From: Candidatus Limnocylindrales bacterium
Lineage (GTDB): Bacteria; Chloroflexota; Limnocylindria; Limnocylindrales; CSP1-4
Direction: 5' to 3'
DNA: 64,000 nt
NCBI GenBank assembly: GCA_036278755.1
Contig: DASUKL010000052.1
Location: 22,697-86,696, forward strand
Shown: positions 27,121 to 37,427 of the stretch, in pieces
How the letters are laid out: each line of letters opens with the position of its first letter
Position numbering within the stretch: position 1 is the first letter of the stretch
Made by a program: the position numbers and the translations under genes
The notes under the pieces: model-generated
What the model was told of the DNA's origin: nothing
The model's input: only the letters and a program-made list of their open reading frames with translations
Database searches by the model: none

Positions 27121-27870
27121 TCAGCCGCGGTCGCCCACGAGGCGACGCTCGACGATCAGGACCACGAGATAGAGGGCCAGGCCGATGGCCGCCAGGGTCA
27201 CCAGCGTGGCGAACATGAGGGGGATGTCGAAGAGGCTGCCCCGGGCCAGGTTGATGAGGACGCCCAGGCCCTGGTCGCCGCCGGCCCATTCGCCGATGAC
27301 CGCGCCGATGACGGCCAGGGTGATGCCCACCCGCAGCCCGCCCAGGATCGAGGGCAGGGCGGCCGGTACCTCGAGGCGGGTCAGGACCTGCCACCGCGTG
27401 GCCCGGAAGGCGCGCCCCATCTCCAGGAGGCCGGCGTCCACGGTGCGGATGCCGACCATCGTAGCCACGACCACGGGGAAGAACACGATGAGGGCGCAGA
27501 TCACCACCTTACTGAGGAGGCCCGTCCCGAACCACAGGGCGATGAGCGGGGCCAGGGCCAGGATCGGGGTGGCCTGAGCGGCCACGATGTAGGGCGAGAG
27601 GAGGCGCTCGGCCAATCGGGAGCGAGCCAGGAGGAGCCCGGTGGCGAGGGCCAGGATCCCGCCCCCGGCAAAGCCCAGGAGGACCTCCTCGAGGGTCACC
27701 AGGGCGGCCGGCTCCATCGTGCCGTCGGCCCAGGCGCGGGCCAGGCGGCTGGCCACCGTGGGAGGGTCGGGCAGGATGTACGGCGGGTAGCCCCCCAGCA
27801 CCACGACCGCCTGCCAGCCCACGAGGAAGACGGCCGCGCCCACGGCGATCGGCCAGAGGTCGCGCTTCAT
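27121..27870 (-). CDS. ABC transporter permease (SsuC/TauC-like)
   Basis: 249 aa, 6 TM. EAA-like loop LEMGRAFRATRWQVLTRLEVPAALPSILGGLRVG. Confidence 0.8.
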   Translation of the reverse strand: MKRDLWPIAVGAAVFLVGWQAVVVLGGYPPYILPDPPTVASRLARAWADGTMEPAALVTLEEVLLGFAGGGILALATGLLLARSRLAERLLSPYIVAAQATPILALAPLIALWFGTGLLSKVVICALIVFFPVVVATMVGIRTVDAGLLEMGRAFRATRWQVLTRLEVPAALPSILGGLRVGITLAVIGAVIGEWAGGDQGLGVLINLARGSLFDIPLMFATLVTLAAIGLALYLVVLIVERRLVGDRG

Positions 27871-28904
27871 GCCGCGTCCGCCCGGCCTGCGTCGGTCGCC
27901 GAGCCGGCTGGCGCGCCGCCTGACGCGTCGTCTGGCGCCACACCCTCACCTCGACGGAGCCAGGTCCGGATCTTGGCCGAAGCGGCCGTGGCGGCCTCCG
28001 TGTCGAGATCTTCGGCCCGGCGCGGCCGGGGAAGCTCGACCGGGACCTCGGCCACGACGTGTCCCGGCCGGGGCCCCAGGACCACTACCCGCTCGGCCAG
28101 GAGGACCGCCTCGGGGATGCTGTGGGTGACGAGGACGATCGTCGTCGCCGTGCGCTCCCAGATGCCCAGCAGCTCCTGGCCGAATCGCTCGCGGGTCAGC
28201 GCATCGAGCGCGCTGAACGGCTCGTCGAGGAGGAGCACCGTAGGCTGCAAGGCCAGGGCCCGACCGATGGCCAGCCGTTGGCGCATGCCGCCCGAGAGCT
28301 GGTGGGGCCTGGCCGGCGCGAAGTCGGCCAGCCCCAGGAGGCTCAGGAGCTCGATGGCCCGGGCTTCCCGTTCGGCTCGCGGACGGCCCGCCAGCTCCAG
28401 GGGGAAGGCCACGTTCTCGGCCGCCGAGCGCCAGGGCAGCAGGCGCGGCTCCTGGAAGACGAAGCCGACCCGCGGGTCGGGGCCACTCACCGGCCGGCCG
28501 TCGATGGCCACGGACCCGCGATCCGGCGGCAGGAGGCCGCCCATGATCCGGAGCAGGGTGCTCTTGCCGCAGCCGTTGGGGCCGACCAGGGCGCAGATGC
28601 TGCCTTCGGCCACGGCGAAGCTCACGTCGTCGAGTGCCTCGAGGCGCCCGCTGGGCGTGGCGAAGCTGCGGCTGATGTGCTCGACGACGATGCTGGTCAG
28701 GGCCCGGATCTCCGCTGCGTGCCTCGTCCCCGGGGAGCCAGGGCACCCGGAGGTGGCCGGGGCCGTGGACCCCGCCGGCCGGACGCGCGAGCGCGCCGCG
28801 GCGGCACGGGGCAAGGGCTGGGAGTCGGGGCGGTCGGTGGGCTGCGACGACGCCGCGCGGAGGGCCGGAGGCCGGCTCGCCGAGCGGACGCCCATCGGGC
28901 GCAC
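27867..28904 (-). CDS. ABC transporter ATP-binding protein (SsuB/TauB-like); true start uncertain
   Basis: Walker A LVGPNGCGKST, signature LSGGMRQRLAIGRAL, Walker B LLLDEPFSALD. The first 75 codons of the ORF are Ala/Arg/Pro/Ser low-complexity. The real start may be an internal TTG or a non-canonical codon near IVVEHISRSF. Confidence 0.8.
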   Translation of the reverse strand: MRPMGVRSASRPPALRAASSQPTDRPDSQPLPRAAAARSRVRPAGSTAPATSGCPGSPGTRHAAEIRALTSIVVEHISRSFATPSGRLEALDDVSFAVAEGSICALVGPNGCGKSTLLRIMGGLLPPDRGSVAIDGRPVSGPDPRVGFVFQEPRLLPWRSAAENVAFPLELAGRPRAEREARAIELLSLLGLADFAPARPHQLSGGMRQRLAIGRALALQPTVLLLDEPFSALDALTRERFGQELLGIWERTATTIVLVTHSIPEAVLLAERVVVLGPRPGHVVAEVPVELPRPRRAEDLDTEAATAASAKIRTWLRRGEGVAPDDASGGAPAGSATDAGRADAA

Positions 28905-29148
28905 CGTGCCAGGCCTTCTCCCATCCGGACTGTGACCGTCGGCTCCCTGTCAGGGGATCCACCGCCGCCGCGGATCGACACGGACGGCGGGTCGTGGGCT
29001 GGCGGACTACGGCTGGCGCCGCATCCGCCGACCACCGGTCGGGACTTCCACCCGACCCCGAAGGCGAGGCGATATGAGGTTGACCCGGGCAGTGTAGCGC
29101 ACGCTTCGCCGCGCACCCGGCCCCGGGGCGAGGCGCTACGCTGCCCGG

Positions 29149-29868
29149 GTGCTGACCATCGTCCTCAGCCGCCACGGCCCCACCACCCGCTCCTCCCCCG
29201 AGCAGCATCTGGGCCAGCGCATCGACGCGCCCCTCTCCGAGGACGGACGCGAGGCCGCCCGGCGCCTAGGGGCCCGGCTCTTCGGCATCGACTTCGATCG
29301 GGTCATCGCCAGCCCCCTCTCACGGGCCCAGGAGACGGCCGCCATCGCCGCGCCCGGCTGCCCCGTCGAGGCCGAGGCGCGCCTCCTGGAGATGGACTAC
29401 GGCGCCTGGGAGGGCAAGACGTACGAGCAGATCGAATCGGGCGACGGGCTCTACCGGGCCCGCTGGGAGGCCGATCCGGCCGGCCTGCCCTGCCCCGACG
29501 GCGAGAGCGGCGACGACGTGGCCCGCCGGGTACGGGCCTTCCTCGACGACCTCATCGGCTGGTCGCGTGAGCCCTCCGAACCGTTCGACCCGTTCGACTC
29601 GAGCGATCAGACGTCCAGCCCCCAGGCCGCGGCCGGCCCGCCCGACCATCGCGTCCTGGTCATCGCCCACAGCACCCTCGACCGCATCTTCGTGTGCGTG
29701 GCCCTGGGCGTGCCGATCCACGACTTCCGGCGCCGCTTCCGCCAGGAGCCGGCGAGCCTGACCGTCCTGCGCTTCCCTGGCCGACTGGGGGCCGGGGCCC
29801 TGGCCCTCCTGGTCAACGACGTGTCCCACCTGCGGGGGGTGAGCGGCGCGACCTGGGACGGGCCGTGA
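29149..29868 (+). CDS. histidine phosphatase superfamily protein (phosphoglycerate mutase-like / CobC-like)
   Basis: GTG start. LSRHGPT (RHG motif), SPLSRAQETA, and VIAHSTL (second His). Confidence 0.75.
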   Translation: MLTIVLSRHGPTTRSSPEQHLGQRIDAPLSEDGREAARRLGARLFGIDFDRVIASPLSRAQETAAIAAPGCPVEAEARLLEMDYGAWEGKTYEQIESGDGLYRARWEADPAGLPCPDGESGDDVARRVRAFLDDLIGWSREPSEPFDPFDSSDQTSSPQAAAGPPDHRVLVIAHSTLDRIFVCVALGVPIHDFRRRFRQEPASLTVLRFPGRLGAGALALLVNDVSHLRGVSGATWDGP

Positions 29869-31484
29869 GCCCGCCCTCGGCCCAGCGGCGGAGCCAGGCG
29901 CCGAGCCAGGCGTCGAACCCGCCCCTGATCCTGACCGGCCGCGACCTCGACCTCGAGGCCGTGGCGGCCGTGGCGCGGGATCGGAGGCCGGTGGAGCTCA
30001 AGGCCGAAGCTCGGGCCCGGATGGTCCGCAGCCGGCAGGAGATCGAGCGCATCGTGGCGACCGGCGAGGCCGTCTACGGCGTGACGACCGGCTTCGGCGA
30101 CCTGGCCACCCACCGCATCGCGCCCCAGGACGCCGATCGACTCCAGGAGAACCTCCTCATCAGCCATGCCGTCGGGGTGGGGCCGCGCTTCGACGTGCCC
30201 ACCGTGCGGGCCATGCTCCTGCTGCGGGCCAACACCCTGGCCCTGGGCTACAGCGGCTGCCGGCCGGAGCTCGTGGAGCGGCTGCTCGACTTCCTGCGCC
30301 TGGGCCTCCATCCGGCCGTGCCGGAGCAGGGCAGCGTCGGCGCCTCGGGCGACCTGGCGCCGCTGGCCCACCTGGCCCTCCCGATCATCGGCCGGGGCGA
30401 GGCCGAGTTCGACGGGTCGTGGCTGCCGGGGGCCGAGGCCCTCGCGCAGGCCGGACTCGAGCCCCTGCGCCTGACGGCCAAGGAGGGCCTGGCCCTCCTC
30501 AACGGGACCCAGATGATGAGCGCCGTGGGGTGCCTGGCCGTCCTCGACGCGGAGCGGTTGGCCCACCAGGCCAGCGTCGTGGCGGCCATGAGCGTGGAGG
30601 CCCTCCTGGGCACGGACGTGGCCTTCGCCGCGGCTTACCAGGCCGCCCGGCCCCACCCTGGACAGCGCGACGTCGCCGCGGAGCTGCGCTACGTGTTGCG
30701 CGGCTCGGAGCTCCAGCGCTCGCACCATGGCCAGGCCCACAAGGTCCAGGACCCCTACTCCCTGCGCTGCGTGCCCCAGGTCCACGGCGCGTCGCGGGAC
30801 GCCCTGGCCTACGCCCGCCGGGTCCTCGAGATCGAGATCGGGAGCGCCACCGACAACCCCCTCGTCTTCCCCGAGGGGGCCGGACCCGACGCCGACCCAG
30901 ACGCCCTGGCCACGGCCGGCGGCCACGTGCTCAGCGGGGGGAACTTCCACGGCCAGCCGGTGGCCCTGGCCCTCGACTTCGCCAAGCTGGCGGCGGCCGA
31001 GCTGGCCTCCATCTCCGAGCGGCGCATCGCCCTGCTCATCGACGGCCGGCTGAGCGGCCTGCCGCCCTTCCTGGTGGGCAGCGAGGCCGGCCTCAACAGC
31101 GGCCTGATGCTCCTCCAGTACACCGCTGCGGCCCTCGTTTCAGAAGACAAGGTCCTCGTCCATCCCGCCTCCGCGGACTCCATCCCGACCTCCGCGAACC
31201 AGGAGGACCACGTCTCGATGGGCTCGATCGCGGCCCGCCACCTGCGGGCCGTGGTGACCAATGCCGAGCAGGTCCTGGCTCTCGAGCTGCTGTGCGCGGG
31301 GCAGGGCCTCGACGTGCGCCTGGCCGGCGGCCTGCGGCCGGGGGCCGGAGTGGCCGAGGCCCACCGACGCTTGCGCCAGCGGGTCTCCCACCTGGAGTCG
31401 GACCGGGATCCCGGGCCCGACATCGCGGCCGCCACGGAGCTCATCCGCAGCCACGCCTTCGCCGACCTCCTGCCGCCGGGCTGA
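29865..31484 (+). CDS. hutH: histidine ammonia-lyase
   Basis: GTG overlaps the upstream TGA (GTGA). MIO-forming GSVGASGDLAPLAHLA motif. YGVTTGFGDLA, NPLVF and HGQPVALALD blocks. Confidence 0.9.
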   Translation: MSPPSAQRRSQAPSQASNPPLILTGRDLDLEAVAAVARDRRPVELKAEARARMVRSRQEIERIVATGEAVYGVTTGFGDLATHRIAPQDADRLQENLLISHAVGVGPRFDVPTVRAMLLLRANTLALGYSGCRPELVERLLDFLRLGLHPAVPEQGSVGASGDLAPLAHLALPIIGRGEAEFDGSWLPGAEALAQAGLEPLRLTAKEGLALLNGTQMMSAVGCLAVLDAERLAHQASVVAAMSVEALLGTDVAFAAAYQAARPHPGQRDVAAELRYVLRGSELQRSHHGQAHKVQDPYSLRCVPQVHGASRDALAYARRVLEIEIGSATDNPLVFPEGAGPDADPDALATAGGHVLSGGNFHGQPVALALDFAKLAAAELASISERRIALLIDGRLSGLPPFLVGSEAGLNSGLMLLQYTAAALVSEDKVLVHPASADSIPTSANQEDHVSMGSIAARHLRAVVTNAEQVLALELLCAGQGLDVRLAGGLRPGAGVAEAHRRLRQRVSHLESDRDPGPDIAAATELIRSHAFADLLPPG

Positions 31485-31522
31485 GCGGCCGCCCCGGCCG
31501 GACGCACCGTACACTCGCCCTC

Positions 31523-32263
31523 GTGGGCACGATCCGCATCATCGACGTGACCGACGAGCCGACCTTCCGCCTCATCCCGCCCTGCGCCGACCCCGCCTTC
31601 GACCATCGCAGCTGCGACTACTGGGAGGAGGCCGAACGCGGTTCGAAGGCCGCCCGTCCGAGCTGGCTGGAGGCCCCCGCCGGCGGGCCGGCCGGGCGGG
31701 GCTCGGGCTCGGCGATCGCCAATCCGTTCGCCCCCGTGGCCCGACCGAGCGGCCCCAACCCCTTCGTCGACGAGGCTGCCTCGCTGGCCCCGACCGACAA
31801 TCCCTTCGCCCCGCAGCGGGCCGTGGAGCGGCCCCGACGCGAGGGCCTGCCCCGCAAGCTGGTCTTGCTCGATCGGGGGCGGGGCCTGTTCGGGACCTAC
31901 GCCAAGGTCCTCCTCGAGGACGACGAAGCGGCGGCCTATTGCCAGTTCGGGCCGCTCTCGGCCTATCCCCGAGCCCAACGACTGCGCGACCTCTATCCCC
32001 AGCTGCCCAGCGCTCCCCTGCCGGCGGTCATCACCTGCATCGCCTCGTCCGCCGCGGCCCGAGGCCAGGGACACGCCGCGCGGCTGGCCGCGGACGTCTG
32101 CGACGACCTGGCCGGCCGCGGTTTCAGCGCCGTGGAGGCCTACCCCGACCTGACCCGCGGCCCCGACGCCACGAGCGGAGCCAGCCCGGCCTTCTGGGAG
32201 CGGATCAGCTTCCGTCTGGCCGTGGACGACGAACGGTTCCCGGTCATGCGCCGCGAGCTGTGA
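31523..32263 (+). CDS. hypothetical protein, possibly GNAT-like acetyltransferase
   Basis: GTG at 31523, 246 aa. The C-terminal region QGHAARLAADVCDDLAGRGFSAVEAYP resembles the GNAT beta4-alpha3 acetyl-CoA-binding region. The central part is a Pro-rich low-complexity segment. Tentative. Confidence 0.4.
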   Translation: MGTIRIIDVTDEPTFRLIPPCADPAFDHRSCDYWEEAERGSKAARPSWLEAPAGGPAGRGSGSAIANPFAPVARPSGPNPFVDEAASLAPTDNPFAPQRAVERPRREGLPRKLVLLDRGRGLFGTYAKVLLEDDEAAAYCQFGPLSAYPRAQRLRDLYPQLPSAPLPAVITCIASSAAARGQGHAARLAADVCDDLAGRGFSAVEAYPDLTRGPDATSGASPAFWERISFRLAVDDERFPVMRREL

Positions 32264-32757
32264 GCGGCGGTCGCCTGGCCGATCTCCGGGGCGCGGCCAG
32301 GGAGGGGCTGGGCGTGGCCTGGGCCAAGGTCACCCGGGCCTACCTTCGATCGGTCGCCGCGGCGGCCGTCATCCACGATGCCGATGGCCGCATCCTGCTC
32401 GTCGAGAACGCCTTCCTCCATCGCGCCTGGGGCCTGCCCGGCGGACGCCTCGAACGGGGCGAGGAGGCACGAGCCGGCCTCGCCCGCGAGGTCCACGAGG
32501 AGACCGGCCTCGTGGTCGAAGTGGGGGCGCTGCTGACGGTCGTCGTCCGGCGGGCAGGGGTCGTGCTGGTCTTCGCCGCCATCGTCGTCGGCGGGGAGCC
32601 GCGCCCGGCGCCCATCGAGATCGCCCAACTCGCCTGGCTGACCGAAGACGAGGCCCGCGGGCGCCTCTCCTCGGTCTCCCGCCTGCACCTGGAGGCGGCC
32701 CTGGCCGGCGGGCAGGCGGGCTATCTCTGGGATCCCGGCCGCCCGCCCCACGGCTGA
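32260..32757 (+). CDS. NUDIX hydrolase
   Basis: GTG overlaps the upstream TGA. Nudix box GLPGGRLERGEEARAGLAREVHEETGL (G.5E.7REV.EE.G.). Confidence 0.7.
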   Translation: MSGGRLADLRGAAREGLGVAWAKVTRAYLRSVAAAAVIHDADGRILLVENAFLHRAWGLPGGRLERGEEARAGLAREVHEETGLVVEVGALLTVVVRRAGVVLVFAAIVVGGEPRPAPIEIAQLAWLTEDEARGRLSSVSRLHLEAALAGGQAGYLWDPGRPPHG

Positions 32758-33056
32758 CGGATCCCGCAAGGCTGACTGACCAGGCCAGGCTGACGGACCA
32801 GTCACACGGCTGTGGCTTCCGACGGCTGCGACGACGATGCGAGGGCTCATCACGGACGATCCTGAGGCCTACATGGGCATCACCGATCCCGGGTCCAGTG
32901 CTACCCCCAGTGCCATCTGACCTCCTGCGCAGGTCCTGCGAACGTCCGGCTCCGGCGACGACGACGGCGACGAAGCCCTGTCCGATCGCGTCCATGCCCG
33001 CCTGCCCATCGGATCCTCGAACGGAAGCTGGGCCATGGCCCTAGGATGCGTTCATT

Positions 33057-34820
33057 GTGAGTGAGACCGATCCCGGCGCCGCGAACGATCCCGAAACCAG
33101 GACCCCAGGCGCTTCCGGGTCCGGCGTCCGGCCCGATCACGGATCCAGAGCGGGTGCTCCGGCGCCCGGACCGCGGCCCGTCCGGGCCCCCCGCGGCACG
33201 ACGCTCAGCTGTCGGGGCTGGCCCCAGGAGGCCGCCCTCCGGATGCTCATGAACAACCTCGACCCCGAGGTGGCCGAGAACCCCGACGAGCTCGTCGTCT
33301 ACGGCGGCACCGGTCGGGCGGCGCGCAGCTGGGCCGCCTTCGAGGCCATCGTCCGGGAGCTGCGGCGCCTCGGCGACGACGAGACCCTGCTGGTCCAGTC
33401 CGGCAAGCCGGTGGGCGTGCTGCGGACCCACGCCTGGGCCCCCCGCGTCCTCATCGCCAACAGCAACCTCGTCGGCAAGTGGGCCACCTGGGAGACCTTC
33501 CGCGAGCTGGAGCGGCAGGGACTCACGATGTACGGCCAGATGACGGCTGGGTCGTGGATCTACATCGCCACCCAAGGCATCCTCCAGGGCACCTACGAAA
33601 CCTTCGCCGAGTGCGCCCGGCAGCACTTCGGGGGCAGCCTCCGGGGCCGCCTGGTGCTGACCGCCGGCCTGGGCGGGATGGGCGGCGCCCAGCCCCTGGC
33701 CGTGACGATGAACGAAGGCGTGGCCATCGTCATCGAGATCGACCCCGAGCGGGCCCGCCGTCGCCTCGACGCCGGTTACGTCGACCGCCTGACCGAGGAT
33801 CCGGCGGAGGCCCTGGCCTGGGCCCGCGCGGCCGCGGCGGAGGGTCGGGCGGAGTCCATCGCGCTCATCGGCAACGCGGCCGAGATCGAGCCCGCCTGGG
33901 CCTCAGCGGGCGAGCCGTTCGACGTCGTCACCGACCAGACCAGCGCCCACGATGCCCTGGGGGGCTACGTCCCGGCCGAGATCAGCCTGGCCGACGCCCG
34001 CAGCCTGCGCCGCCAGGACCCCGGCCTCTACGAGCGGCGCGCGATGCGCTCGATGGCCGACCAGGTGCGGGCCATCCTGGCCTTCCAGCGGGCCGGCGTA
34101 GTCTGCTTCGACTACGGCAACAACCTGCGGGCCCAGGCCCAGCTGGCGGGGGTCGAGGACGCCTTCGCTTACCCGGGCTTCGTGCCGGCGTTCATCCGGC
34201 CCCTCTTCTGCGAGGGCAAGGGGCCCTTCCGTTGGGTGGCCCTCTCGGGCGACCCGGACGACATCCGACGCACCGATCAGGCCATCCTCGAGCTCTTCCC
34301 CGACGATCCCGCCCTCAGGCGCTGGCTCACCCTGGCCGAGGCCAAAGTGCCCTTCCAGGGCCTGCCGGCCCGCATCTGCTGGCTGGGCTACGGCGAGCGG
34401 GCTCGGGCCGGCCTGGCCTTCAACCGGCTCGTGGCCTCGGGCGAGGTGCGGGCGCCCATCGTCATCGGTCGCGACCACCTCGACGCCGGCAGCGTGGCTT
34501 CGCCCAATCGCGAGACCGAGGGCATGCGCGACGGCTCCGACGCGATCGCCGACTGGCCCCTCCTCAATGCCCTGGTCAACACCGGCGCAGGGGCCACCTG
34601 GGTGAGCATCCATCACGGGGGCGGGACCGGCATCGGCTACTCACAGCACGCCGGCATGGTGGTCGTGGCCGACGGCTCGGAGCTCGCCGCTCAGAAGCTG
34701 GAGCGGGTCCTCACGACGGACCCCGGCATGGGCGTCCTGCGCCATGCCGACGCGGGCTACGAGCGGGCCATCGAGGTCGCCGAGGAGCGCGGCCTCCGCC
34801 TCCCGATGCGCGAGGTCTGA
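33057..34820 (+). CDS. hutU: urocanate hydratase
   Basis: [51 protein letters not shown]...[19 protein letters not shown]...[16 protein letters not shown] aligns collinearly with HutU. The GTG at 33057 is the only in-frame start. Confidence 0.9.
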   Translation: MSETDPGAANDPETRTPGASGSGVRPDHGSRAGAPAPGPRPVRAPRGTTLSCRGWPQEAALRMLMNNLDPEVAENPDELVVYGGTGRAARSWAAFEAIVRELRRLGDDETLLVQSGKPVGVLRTHAWAPRVLIANSNLVGKWATWETFRELERQGLTMYGQMTAGSWIYIATQGILQGTYETFAECARQHFGGSLRGRLVLTAGLGGMGGAQPLAVTMNEGVAIVIEIDPERARRRLDAGYVDRLTEDPAEALAWARAAAAEGRAESIALIGNAAEIEPAWASAGEPFDVVTDQTSAHDALGGYVPAEISLADARSLRRQDPGLYERRAMRSMADQVRAILAFQRAGVVCFDYGNNLRAQAQLAGVEDAFAYPGFVPAFIRPLFCEGKGPFRWVALSGDPDDIRRTDQAILELFPDDPALRRWLTLAEAKVPFQGLPARICWLGYGERARAGLAFNRLVASGEVRAPIVIGRDHLDAGSVASPNRETEGMRDGSDAIADWPLLNALVNTGAGATWVSIHHGGGTGIGYSQHAGMVVVADGSELAAQKLERVLTTDPGMGVLRHADAGYERAIEVAEERGLRLPMREV

Positions 34821-35151
34821 CCGCCTCCAGCTCCCCACGGCGAGGGCCACCGCGGCGTCACTCGGGTCGCCTGACACGCCGGGGACGGGCCCATCCGGAG
34901 CTCTGCCACCCGCCCGTCCGAGGCCCCCCGGTGGTGCGCGGACATGGTGCGCGCGGGGGCCCGAAAGGCCCAGCGGCGATTGGCTCCATCGGTCGATGCG
35001 CCGGCCGGAGGCCCCCGATACGGTGCCTGGGCCACACCCGGGGGGCTGTTCCGGGAGGTGTCCCATCGTGCGATACAAGGCCTTGCCGCCGACCCTGCGC
35101 GGCGCTCCGAGCCCTCATCCGGTCAGCGGACCACCGTGGGACCCGGCGCCT

Positions 35152-36606
35152 GTGAGCCACCCTCGAGGCGGTCGTCGGGAGACGTTCCTGGGCCGTTGGA
35201 TCTCGACGATCCTGGTCCTCGTGCTCGTCCCTGCCCTCCTCCTCCCGATGCTCCAGGCCGGTGCCGCCAGCGGCGGCAGCTACCTGATCATCGACCGGGC
35301 CGACCTGATGGCCCTGCCCACCTCGGGCACGGCCTGGCAGGCCGTCGTCAAGGCCGCCTCGAGCAGCCTGACCTCCCCGGACCTCTGCGACCAGAACGAC
35401 AAGACCGACGTCCAGGCCTTGGCCGCCGGGCTCGTCTACGCTCGCACCGGCCAGGCCAGCTACGCGGACAAGGTCCGCGACGCCATCGCCGCGATGATGC
35501 CCACCCAGAAGCCGGGCTGCAGCAATGCCGTCCTGGCTCTTGGCCGCCAGCTGGGCGGCTGGGTCATGGCTGCCGACCTCATCGACCTGCACGCCTTCGA
35601 CGCCCGCCTGGACGCCACGTTCCGCACCTGGCTGACCGCCATCCGGACCAAGGACATCGGTGGCCACGGACGCTGGTACGCCCTCGATCTCACGAGCGGC
35701 GACTCGGCCAACAACTGGGGCCTCTTCGCCACGGCCTCACGGATCGCCGCTGACCGCTACCTGGGCGATGCCGCCGACCTGGCCACGACGTGGGCCATCT
35801 TCACGGGCTACAGCGACGGGTCCTGGGCCTTCAACAAGACCTCATCCTGGAGCAGCACCTGGTCCTGCCTACCGAGCACGAGCAGCATGCGGCTGCCCAT
35901 CGCCATCGACGGCAGCTGCGCCGTCTCCGGCCATCAGCTCGATGGGCTGCCGGTCGAGGACGCCTCGCGCTCCAGCTTCCCCACCCCCTCGAGCGGCTAC
36001 ATCAACGAGGCCATCCAAGGCCTGACCCTGAGCGCCCTGCTCCTGAGCCGGGCCGGCTACCCGGCCTTCAGCACCGGTGACCGGTCCGTCCTCCGCGTGG
36101 CCCAGGCCCTGCAGCGCTACGGCGATCTGAACGGCACGACCGTGGCCCACCACACGACCTGGGTCGTCAACGCCTTCTACGGGGCCAAGCTGCCTACCGT
36201 GGCCGCCACCTACGGGCGGGACTTCGGCTTCACCGACTGGCTCTACGGCTCGACCACGGCGACCATCGCACCGGCCTCCACGCCGGCCCCGGGCACGCCC
36301 CAGCCGACCCCCGAACCGACGGCCGAGCCGACACCCAAGCCGACGGTCCAGCCGACGCCGACCCCCGCGCCCGCGGCGACGCCGACCGAACGGCCGGCCC
36401 CCACCGCCACGCCGGAGCCGACCGCCAAGCCCACGCCCAGCCTGACCGTGAACCCCACGCCGAGCCCGACCGACAGCCCGACGCCACGGACCGCGGCCAG
36501 CCCGACCCCGGACCCGGTCGAGGCCGCTATCATGGCCGACCCCGACCTGTCGGCCTCGGACAAGGTACGGCTGCTGGACCTCTACGAGCGGCTGCGCAAG
36601 GACTAG
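35152..36606 (+). CDS. secreted protein, polysaccharide-lyase-like (alginate lyase/heparinase-type helical fold suspected) with C-terminal Pro/Thr-rich linker
   Basis: GTG at 35152. Signal-peptide-like RWISTILVLVLVPALLLPMLQAGAASGG. A 330-aa domain rich in W/Y/N (NNWGLFATASRIAADRYLG). Then 36240-36510 encodes a PT-rich linker (PTPEPTAEPTPKPTVQPTPTPAPAATPTERP...) and a 30-aa acidic tail. Confidence 0.5.
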   Translation: MSHPRGGRRETFLGRWISTILVLVLVPALLLPMLQAGAASGGSYLIIDRADLMALPTSGTAWQAVVKAASSSLTSPDLCDQNDKTDVQALAAGLVYARTGQASYADKVRDAIAAMMPTQKPGCSNAVLALGRQLGGWVMAADLIDLHAFDARLDATFRTWLTAIRTKDIGGHGRWYALDLTSGDSANNWGLFATASRIAADRYLGDAADLATTWAIFTGYSDGSWAFNKTSSWSSTWSCLPSTSSMRLPIAIDGSCAVSGHQLDGLPVEDASRSSFPTPSSGYINEAIQGLTLSALLLSRAGYPAFSTGDRSVLRVAQALQRYGDLNGTTVAHHTTWVVNAFYGAKLPTVAATYGRDFGFTDWLYGSTTATIAPASTPAPGTPQPTPEPTAEPTPKPTVQPTPTPAPAATPTERPAPTATPEPTAKPTPSLTVNPTPSPTDSPTPRTAASPTPDPVEAAIMADPDLSASDKVRLLDLYERLRKD

Positions 36607-37427
36607 CCGCCGGCGGCGCTGTAGGGGTCCTCGTCGGCCGCGATGCGGGTCAGGGCGGCCACCAGGTGCTCCTGGACGAGGTGGTGCAGACCGCCGCCGA
36701 AGGAGACGCGGGCCACGCCCAACTCGGCCAGGCGGGCCAGTGACGGGCCGGCCGACCGGAAGAGGATGTTGACCGGGCCGCCGATGCCCTCGACCAGGCC
36801 GCGGATCGTGGGCTCGTCGGTGACCATGATGGGGTAGACGCAGTCGGCCCCGGCGGCCAGGTAGGCCCGCCCCCGGCGGACCGCCGCGGCCAGCCGCTCC
36901 TCCTCCGGGCCATAGCGGCGGAGGTGGACGTCGATCCGGGCGTTGATGACGACCGGGACACCGGCCCGAGCGGCCGCCGCGCGGACCTCGGCCAACCAGG
37001 CGGCCTGGGCATCGGGGTCGCGCAGCCCGCCGGCGCGATGGTCGCTGTCCTCGAGATTGCAGCCGGCGGCCCCGGCGGCCACGAGCCGGGCCACCAGCTC
37101 GTCGGGGCGCAGGCCGTAGCCGGCCTCGGCGTCGATGGTGACCGGCAGGTCGACGGCCCGGGCGACCCGCGTCGCGGCAGCGAACATCTCATCGGCCGGG
37201 GCCACGTCGCCATCCTCGAACCCGAGCGCCGCCGTCATGGCGCTGCTGGAGGTGGCCACGGCGGCGAATCCCGCGTCCGCAACGGCCCGCGCCGAGGCCG
37301 CGTCCCAGGCGTTGGGCAGGATCAGCGGCTGCCCTGCGCGATGAGCGGCACGCAGCCGCTGCGCTGCGGCCGCCAGGGCCGCCTCGGTCGCCCAGGAGGC
37401 CGAGGACAGCTCGTCGGACCTCCTCAT
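36603..37427 (-). CDS. isocitrate lyase/PEP mutase superfamily enzyme (carboxyvinyl-carboxyphosphonate phosphorylmutase / methylisocitrate lyase-like)
   Basis: ATG at 37427 with GGAGG SD. LILPNAWDAASARAVADAGFAAVATSS, VDLPVTIDAEAGYG and GAAGCNLEDS are the PEP mutase/ICL family signatures. The upstream 450-aa ORF extension is P/R/G junk. Confidence 0.75.
   Translation of the reverse strand: MRRSDELSSASWATEAALAAAAQRLRAAHRAGQPLILPNAWDAASARAVADAGFAAVATSSSAMTAALGFEDGDVAPADEMFAAATRVARAVDLPVTIDAEAGYGLRPDELVARLVAAGAAGCNLEDSDHRAGGLRDPDAQAAWLAEVRAAAARAGVPVVINARIDVHLRRYGPEEERLAAAVRRGRAYLAAGADCVYPIMVTDEPTIRGLVEGIGGPVNILFRSAGPSLARLAELGVARVSFGGGLHHLVQEHLVAALTRIAADEDPYSAAGG

Noticed and set aside
28690-29148. 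Possible TPP riboswitch upstream of the NMT1/THI5-like ABC operon
   Set aside because: A GGGUGCCC-like box exists on the minus strand, but the essential CUGAGA element and the ACCUGAUCUGGAUAAUGCCAGCGUAGGGAA core are absent.
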